Below are positions 58,176-64,000 of a stretch of 64,000 nt of DNA, in pieces. The notes beneath the pieces are model-generated. The model saw only the letters and a list, made by a program, of their open reading frames with translations, ran no database searches and was not told the DNA's origin. Location: positions 1-64,000 of the forward strand of contig JBHIEG010000005.1 of NCBI GenBank assembly GCA_046760505.1, given 5' to 3'. The translations under genes were made by a program, and so were the position numbers. Positions within the stretch are counted from its first letter, which is position 1. Each line of letters begins with the position of its first letter. Source of the stretch: Candidatus Hydrothermarchaeota archaeon. GTDB lineage: Archaea > CAYFZR01.

Positions 58176-58553
58176 TTGCTCATCTCTCTGGTAATGGTGT
58201 GGGGCGAATATATCCTTTGGTTATATGAGGTAATCACCAGGTATGAAGTTTTGATTCTATTGATCGTTTTCATCCTATTAATCTTTGTTCTAAGGAGTAC
58301 AATTAGGCAGAGAAGGTCCTTGAGAGAACTCGATGCAAACATCGAAAAAACGAATAAAAACATTGAAGACCTCAAATCACAACTAAAAGAAATTGCAGAA
58401 TTGCAAAACAAGAACATAGAAATGTTACATGGTAAAATAGCAGCAATAAAATGTGTTTTAGATGAAATGAAGGAAAAAAAGGAAGAACTAGAATTGGAAG
58501 CCTTAATAAACGATGCTATAGCCTTCAGAAATAGATTGTTCAATAGAAAATGA
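58176..58553 (+). CDS. Hypothetical membrane-anchored coiled-coil protein
   Basis: N-terminal hydrophobic segment followed by heptad repeats; start uncertain. Confidence 0.6.
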   Translation: MLISLVMVWGEYILWLYEVITRYEVLILLIVFILLIFVLRSTIRQRRSLRELDANIEKTNKNIEDLKSQLKEIAELQNKNIEMLHGKIAAIKCVLDEMKEKKEELELEALINDAIAFRNRLFNRK

Positions 58554-59738
58554 CTAATCTGAAAGAAAAATTTCCAATCCCGCTTTCCCTATAATTTTTA
58601 TGACTTCAGGAGATCTTAAGAGACAAAAAATCAATTTGCCATGCCTGTCAAAATGAGATTCTTCCTTGATGATTTTCTGAATCTCATCGGACTCAAGCAA
58701 TTCCAAAAGAGCATCAATTTTTTCATCATCCAACTTTCTGTACATTTTTCTGAATATTCTTCCCGCCTTTATTTCCCATCCAATCTCCTTTTCCCATCTT
58801 TTCTGGTATCTTTTTAGATTATTTTCTGAGAACTCCTTCATCTCAAATGATTCTTTCACGGTTTCGTATGCGCATTCAGCGCACAGCATACCATAGTAAA
58901 TCCCCCCTCCTGTGGTAGGTTTTACCTGACCTGCAGTATCTCCTACGAGGATAATTCTATCACCGTATGTCTTCTTTCTAGGCTCTAGCGGTATCAGACC
59001 TGCGTTAACTTCAAAATATGAGGTTTTTATCCTGTTCCTCAATAAATCCGAGTTCAGAAGACTATCAAGGTATTTTTTTGGCGTTTCTCTGGCACACAGA
59101 CCGATCCTAGCGATTCCTTCATAACTTGGAATGCACCATGCAAAGAACTCTGGGGCAATTTTTTTCCCTATATAAACCTCTACATCCTCTATCTCAGATG
59201 GGACTTCGTACTGTAAGCCAGAGATATATTCCTTTATCCTTGGAAAACCAAGTCTGTTAGCGAGTTCCGATCTTGATCCTTCGCATATCATGGCTATCTC
59301 AGATTTTATTTCGAATTTTTCATCCATTCTTCTTGCTATTATTTTTACAAAGTCCTTTTCTACCTCAACGTTATAGCATCTTGTTTTTAATGATAATTCG
59401 CCTCCAGACCTCACATAATCCTTTCCAAGTTCTTTGTCAAAGATTTTTCTGTCAATTACATACGCATTTGGTTTTAAATCTGCGTTAAAAGACTTTTTTG
59501 AGGGTGAATATACCTTTATTTTATCTATTTTTCGTAAAATGCTCTTTCTACTCAAAGAAAATCTTTCAAAGACCTCTTCGCCAACCAATCCTGCACACTG
59601 AACCGGAATCCCGATCTCCTGATCTTCTTCTAAAATCAATACGTCTAATCCCTCTTTTGAGAGAAGTTTACCAGCATATAAACCGATTGGTCCAGCGCCG
59701 ATTATTACAACATCTTTTTCCATGTTAAAATTGCTCAT
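58554..59738 (-). CDS. Geranylgeranyl reductase family FAD oxidoreductase
   Basis: IIGAGPIG, QCAG, DR..FD..L, FAW.IP, VGD.AG.V.P.TGGGI. Confidence 0.9.
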   Translation of the reverse strand: MSNFNMEKDVVIIGAGPIGLYAGKLLSKEGLDVLILEEDQEIGIPVQCAGLVGEEVFERFSLSRKSILRKIDKIKVYSPSKKSFNADLKPNAYVIDRKIFDKELGKDYVRSGGELSLKTRCYNVEVEKDFVKIIARRMDEKFEIKSEIAMICEGSRSELANRLGFPRIKEYISGLQYEVPSEIEDVEVYIGKKIAPEFFAWCIPSYEGIARIGLCARETPKKYLDSLLNSDLLRNRIKTSYFEVNAGLIPLEPRKKTYGDRIILVGDTAGQVKPTTGGGIYYGMLCAECAYETVKESFEMKEFSENNLKRYQKRWEKEIGWEIKAGRIFRKMYRKLDDEKIDALLELLESDEIQKIIKEESHFDRHGKLIFCLLRSPEVIKIIGKAGLEIFLSD

Positions 59739-59801
59739 ATGGGATATTGTATTATCGAAAGCCTTATATCTCCTTCGAAGAAACTCTCTTCTGGTGTTCT
59801 C

Positions 59802-59960
59802 ATGAATATGCTTCTAGCGCTCACAGCAGGTCTCGTAATGGGAATAATAGAATCTATTTATCTCCAGAAGAAATCGAAATGGAACTCACAAACTGCTTGG
59901 TTTGTTGGTTTGATATCAGGAATTACAATATGGGGATTAATATTTGCTAAGTTTTTATGA
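59802..59960 (+). CDS. Small 2-TM hypothetical membrane protein
   Basis: MNMLLALTAGLVMGIIESIYL...AWFVGLISGITIWGLIFAKFL; ORF is open from 59739. Confidence 0.45.
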   Translation: MNMLLALTAGLVMGIIESIYLQKKSKWNSQTAWFVGLISGITIWGLIFAKFL

Positions 59961-59975
59961 TTTGGAGGACTTAAA

Positions 59976-60839
59976 CTGGATATCGATGAAAAAGCCTCCA
60001 TAATTTCGATTGTAGTGAATATTTCCCTTACCATAATGAAGTTAATGGTAGGATTCTTTTCTGGGAGCCTAGGAATAATAGCAGACTCTTTACACTCTTT
60101 TTTAGACGCCATATCTTCTGTGCTAGCATATATCGGTATAAGGACAAGTAAAAAGCCCCCGGACGAATCCCATCCTTATGGCCATGCAAAAGCCGAAACA
60201 GTAACCGGAGCAGGAATAACCGCTCTTTTGGCTTTGACCGCAACAATGATACTCTATGAGGCAATTAAGAGGCTATTCAAACCAGTAGAATTAAAAGTGG
60301 GAGTAATTGCCTTTTCAGCGGTGATTTTATCCATATTTATAAACGAGGCTTTGGCAAGGTATAAGTTTAACGTGGGGAGAGATGCTTTCAGCATCTCTCT
60401 AATAGCGGATGCTCAGCATTCTAGAGCCGATGTTTGGAGTTCTATAGCAGTATTATTTGGATTAATAGGATTTAAATTAGGATTTAATAAGGCAGATCCT
60501 GTTGCCGCTCTAGTCGTTGCATTTCTCATTTTAAAGAGCGGTCTGGGGATAGGCAAGGAGATAATAGACGTGCTAATGGACGCAAGTCCTGGTGAAAGTG
60601 TAATTGATTGCATAAGAGAATCAGCGAATCGCATAGAGGGCGTGATAGAGTGCCATAATATAAGAGCGAGAAAAGTGGGAGACAACGTATTCGTAGATCT
60701 ACATATAGAAGTAGATGGCTCATTAAGCGTGAAGGCTGGTCATGAAATTTCAAATAAGGTTGAAAAAGAGATTTCAAAGTGTTTGATTGGAGTTAAATCA
60801 GTTATGGTTCATGTAGAACCCTTAAAGGACAGGCATTAA
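59976..60839 (+). CDS. Cation diffusion facilitator (FieF-like) transporter
   Basis: ADSLHS..D, PPD..HPYGH.K.E, ADA.H.R.D, D.HIEVD, H.I, VHVEP; possible CTG start at 59976 (first GTG at 60015). Confidence 0.92.
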   Translation: MDIDEKASIISIVVNISLTIMKLMVGFFSGSLGIIADSLHSFLDAISSVLAYIGIRTSKKPPDESHPYGHAKAETVTGAGITALLALTATMILYEAIKRLFKPVELKVGVIAFSAVILSIFINEALARYKFNVGRDAFSISLIADAQHSRADVWSSIAVLFGLIGFKLGFNKADPVAALVVAFLILKSGLGIGKEIIDVLMDASPGESVIDCIRESANRIEGVIECHNIRARKVGDNVFVDLHIEVDGSLSVKAGHEISNKVEKEISKCLIGVKSVMVHVEPLKDRH

Positions 60840-60871
60840 TTTTCCTGCATCAATGCTCTACATTGGGGTGA

Positions 60872-62221
60872 TTACTCTATACTGTAATGGTATTCTCCGG
60901 TTAGGCACGCGATGCAGAGTTCATTCTCTGGAAGTCCTATGGAATTTATAAGACCCTCTATACTTAAATAACCAAGACTATCTGCGTTTAAAAGTTTTCT
61001 AATCTCTTCCACCGTCTTAAATGATGCGATGAGCTCTTCTTTGGTGGCTATGTCTATTCCAAAGAAGCACGGACCTTTTATTGGAGGACAACCAATCCTC
61101 ATATGGATTTCTTTTGCCCCAGCACTTCTAACCAGTTCGACTATTCTTTTTGACGTGGTCCCTCTTACGATGCTATCATCAAGCAATACTATCGACTTAC
61201 CTTTCAGCACTTTCTCCATGGGATTTAACTTAAGGTGTACCGCGTTTTCTCTGTGTTCTTGATAAGGCATGAGAAACGTTCTTCCAACGTATCTATTCTT
61301 TGTTAGTCCTAAGGCTAGTGGTATGCCAGATTCGTTTGAATATGCTATAGAAGCTGGAACTGCAGACTCTGGGACCGGTACTACCAAATCAGCATCTACA
61401 GGATGTTCTCTAGCGAGCGTTCTCCCTATTTTCTCCCTAACCTGATAAACCAGCCTGTTTTCTACTATAGAATCAGGCCTCGCAAAATAAACGAACTCAA
61501 ACATGCAGTGTCTATGTATCCTTGAGTCGCATATTTTATAACATTCGAAGCCATCTGATATGTAAACCAATTCCCCGGGAGATACATCTCTCTCATGGTT
61601 CGCGTTTAATATATCAAAGGCAACCGTTTCAGAAGCAGTCATGAAGGATGTTTTATTTCTACCCAAAGAAAGAGGTCTGAAACCTAAGGGGTCTCTAACG
61701 GATATAAGGTCTCCCTCAGATGTTAGTATGGTAAGGCAGTATGAGCCTTTAATGATTCGCATTATATCTTCAAATGCACTCTCAAAATCATTGCCTTTTA
61801 AAAGTAACAATGCGCCAATCGCCTCGCTGTCACTTGTAGTAGAAAGTTTTACACCATTGGACTTGAGGTATGACTTTATTTCTTCAAAGTTCATTACGTG
61901 ACCGTTGTGTCCTATAACGATGGAAAGGCTCTTTGATTCTAAGTAGAGGGGTTGTGCATTTTCCAATGCAGATACTCCAGCAGTAGAATATCTTACATGA
62001 CCAATACCAACGGTTCCCTTGAGAGTGCTCAAAAGTTCTCTGTTAAACACCTCACTCACAAGACCCATTCCCTTGTAGAGATATAAACTTCCGTCAAAGG
62101 TTGCTATTCCTGCTGATTCCTGACCTCTGTGTTGCAATACATGTAAAGCCTCGTATATGGAGTTAGATACTTCGGCACTTGAGTTTATACCGAATACGGC
62201 ACATTTTTCACCTAAAAACAT
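60872..62221 (-). CDS. purF: Amidophosphoribosyltransferase
   Basis: E.CAVFG, LQHRGQE, GHVRYST, HNG, C.FE.VYFARPDS, DDSIVRGTT, C.AC.TG.Y. Confidence 0.96.
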   Translation of the reverse strand: MFLGEKCAVFGINSSAEVSNSIYEALHVLQHRGQESAGIATFDGSLYLYKGMGLVSEVFNRELLSTLKGTVGIGHVRYSTAGVSALENAQPLYLESKSLSIVIGHNGHVMNFEEIKSYLKSNGVKLSTTSDSEAIGALLLLKGNDFESAFEDIMRIIKGSYCLTILTSEGDLISVRDPLGFRPLSLGRNKTSFMTASETVAFDILNANHERDVSPGELVYISDGFECYKICDSRIHRHCMFEFVYFARPDSIVENRLVYQVREKIGRTLAREHPVDADLVVPVPESAVPASIAYSNESGIPLALGLTKNRYVGRTFLMPYQEHRENAVHLKLNPMEKVLKGKSIVLLDDSIVRGTTSKRIVELVRSAGAKEIHMRIGCPPIKGPCFFGIDIATKEELIASFKTVEEIRKLLNADSLGYLSIEGLINSIGLPENELCIACLTGEYHYSIE

Positions 62222-62223
62222 CT

Positions 62224-62913
62224 TTATCCCATTATACGCGCGTAAATTTCTTTATAACCTTCTAATACATCATCTCTACCGAGTCTAAATCTATCCTTGT
62301 CCAATATCTCTTTTGTTTGAGAGTCCCATATCCTACAGGTATCCGGGCTTATCTCATCTCCGAGGATGATGTTTCCCTCTTCATCTTTTCCAAATTCTAG
62401 TTTAAAATCAACTAGAGTAAGACTCTTTTTGCTGAAGAAATCACTCAAAATTTCGTTTATTCTTATTGTAACCTTTTTTATGAAAGATATTTCTTCCCAA
62501 GTCAATATGCCCATAGAGACCAGATGATCCTCGTTTATCAAGGGATCACCGAGTTCATCATTTTTGTAGAAAAATTCTATGATCGGTGTATCCAATATCT
62601 GTCCTCTTTCAACAGGAATCCTTTTCAACAAACTACCCATCGCTATATTTCTGCAGACAACTTCTATGGGAAGCATCTCCAATCTCTTCGCTATAAAACA
62701 ATTTTTTCCATGTCTTTCTATAAAATGGGTTTTTATTTCCTTTGATTCCAATAATTGGAAAAGATACGCGGAGATATCTGCATTTAACTCCCCTTTTCCC
62801 GCTATTATATCGTGTTTCTGTCTGTTAAAAGCAGTGATATCATCTTTAAAACAGATCTTGATTAGTTGGGGGTCTTCGGTAAAAAAAATTTTTTTTGACT
62901 TCCCCTCATACAC
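62224..62913 (-). CDS. purC: SAICAR synthase
   Basis: YEGK.K, FKDD.TAF, P.EVVCRN.A.GS, K.D.LGDP, LVDFKLEFG, DEISPDTCR.WD, DKD.FR. Confidence 0.96.
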   Translation of the reverse strand: MYEGKSKKIFFTEDPQLIKICFKDDITAFNRQKHDIIAGKGELNADISAYLFQLLESKEIKTHFIERHGKNCFIAKRLEMLPIEVVCRNIAMGSLLKRIPVERGQILDTPIIEFFYKNDELGDPLINEDHLVSMGILTWEEISFIKKVTIRINEILSDFFSKKSLTLVDFKLEFGKDEEGNIILGDEISPDTCRIWDSQTKEILDKDRFRLGRDDVLEGYKEIYARIMG

Positions 62914-62994
62914 TCACATCACCTTTTTACATATACGAAAAATTGATGTCCTATAAAAAGATTTTTTTAGACAAACATTTAAAAAGGTGCATGA

Positions 62995-64000
62995 ATGATC
63001 AAGTATGCAGATGTAGGAGTGGATATAGAAGAAGAGGCTGAAGCGGTTTCTGCAATATCTAAATCGATAATAGAAACTTTTAAAAACAGAGAAGGTAAAA
63101 TTGGAAGAGTTTTAGAAGAATTCGGTCATTTTTCCGGTCTCCTGGATATGGGAGAATTTGCTCTCGCGATTACAACAGATGGAGTTGGTTCAAAGGTTCT
63201 CGTATCACAAGAAGCAGGTAAATTCGATACGGTAGGCATCGATCTCGTAGCGATGAACGTGAATGACATAATCTGCAATGGAGCAGAGCCCGTCGCGATG
63301 GTAAACTACATTGCCGTGCAAAAACCCAACCCGAGAATTATGTATGAAATAGGAAAGGGTCTTGAAAAGGGGGCTAGAGAGAGCGGTATAGCCATAGTAG
63401 GAGGAGAAACCGCTACTTTGCCCGAAATAATTAAGGGAAAAGATGGAAAGGGATTTGATCTGGCAGGAACCTGCATAGGAATAGTAAAAAAAGAAAACAT
63501 AATAACTGGAAAAGATATCAAAGAAGGAGACGTCGTTTTAGGAATAGAAAGCAGCGGTATCCATAGCAATGGACTTACTCTAGCAAGAAAAGTTTTCGAG
63601 GAAAAAGGTTTTGACTATAAAATTCCAAACGGTAAATCGGTAAAGGAAGAACTTCTGACTCCAACCAGAATATATGTCAAACCAGTTTTACAGATCTTAA
63701 AGGAACTAGATATTCATGGACTCGCACACATAACTGGTGGAGGTTTGCTAAAACTCAAAAGAATTGGAAAAATAGCTAAATTAGGTTTTATATTGGATAA
63801 TCTACCCGAACCCCAGCCCATATTTAAGGAAATACAAAGATTAGGTAATGTTTCCAATGTTGAGATGTACAAAACATTTAACATGGGAATAGGATTTTGC
63901 ATCGTATTAGACGAGGGAGAATCCCCAAGAGCCATAGAAATTATAGAAGGTTACGGATTTAAGGCAAAAATAATTGGTAAAGCAGTGAAAGAGGAAGGAT
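62995..64000 (+). CDS. purM: Phosphoribosylformylglycinamidine cyclo-ligase (partial; runs off window end)
   Basis: Manual translation MIKYADVGVDIE..., TDGVGSK, GIDLVAMNVND, GGETATLP, SSGIHSNG, LLTPTRIY, AHITGGG, TFNMGIG; absent from ORF track because no stop lies in the window. Confidence 0.95.
   Translation, partial: MIKYADVGVDIEEEAEAVSAISKSIIETFKNREGKIGRVLEEFGHFSGLLDMGEFALAITTDGVGSKVLVSQEAGKFDTVGIDLVAMNVNDIICNGAEPVAMVNYIAVQKPNPRIMYEIGKGLEKGARESGIAIVGGETATLPEIIKGKDGKGFDLAGTCIGIVKKENIITGKDIKEGDVVLGIESSGIHSNGLTLARKVFEEKGFDYKIPNGKSVKEELLTPTRIYVKPVLQILKELDIHGLAHITGGGLLKLKRIGKIAKLGFILDNLPEPQPIFKEIQRLGNVSNVEMYKTFNMGIGFCIVLDEGESPRAIEIIEGYGFKAKIIGKAVKEEG

Noticed and set aside
1-64000. tRNA/rRNA, CRISPR arrays, IS elements, inteins, proviral genes, and the many short antisense ORFs in the track
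   Set aside because: No GC-rich cloverleaf, repeat-spacer array, transposase, integrase or oversized core gene was seen; short antisense ORFs lie within well-supported genes.

Overview
Gene-dense, AT-rich archaeal (euryarchaeal-type; GGAGGTGA ribosome-binding sites, TATA promoters) chromosomal segment. I recognise no rRNA, tRNA, CRISPR array or IS element. The right half (~31-64 kb) is mostly core housekeeping: bud32-rdgB-rps15-GAN/RecJ-pcc1-serS-rps3ae, glmM-glmU-ychF-serA, the rpl15e-RNase P-proteasome alpha-SBDS-exosome-rpl37ae-rpoP-prefoldin superoperon (interrupted by a repeat-bearing surface protein), DRG GTPase, geranylgeranyl reductase, a CDF transporter and purF/purC/purM. The left half is more accessory. 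It starts with a decaying island: an ArsR-like regulator, a frameshifted membrane-protein gene, a hidden secreted-protein ORF with two in-frame TGA codons, and a Met-rich protein. Next come a TIM-barrel/nucleotidyltransferase/pseudo-nucleotidyltransferase operon and a type IV (Tad/Flp-like) pilus locus carrying a miniature AglB-like glycosyltransferase and an embedded HTH regulator. A kinase-free signalling set follows: KaiC-like ATPase, TackOD1-Lrp fusion, two DUF2226-like proteins, Roadblock and two V4R proteins. trpB2 has TrpY-type TRP boxes upstream. All family calls come from motifs read by eye; no database search was run.
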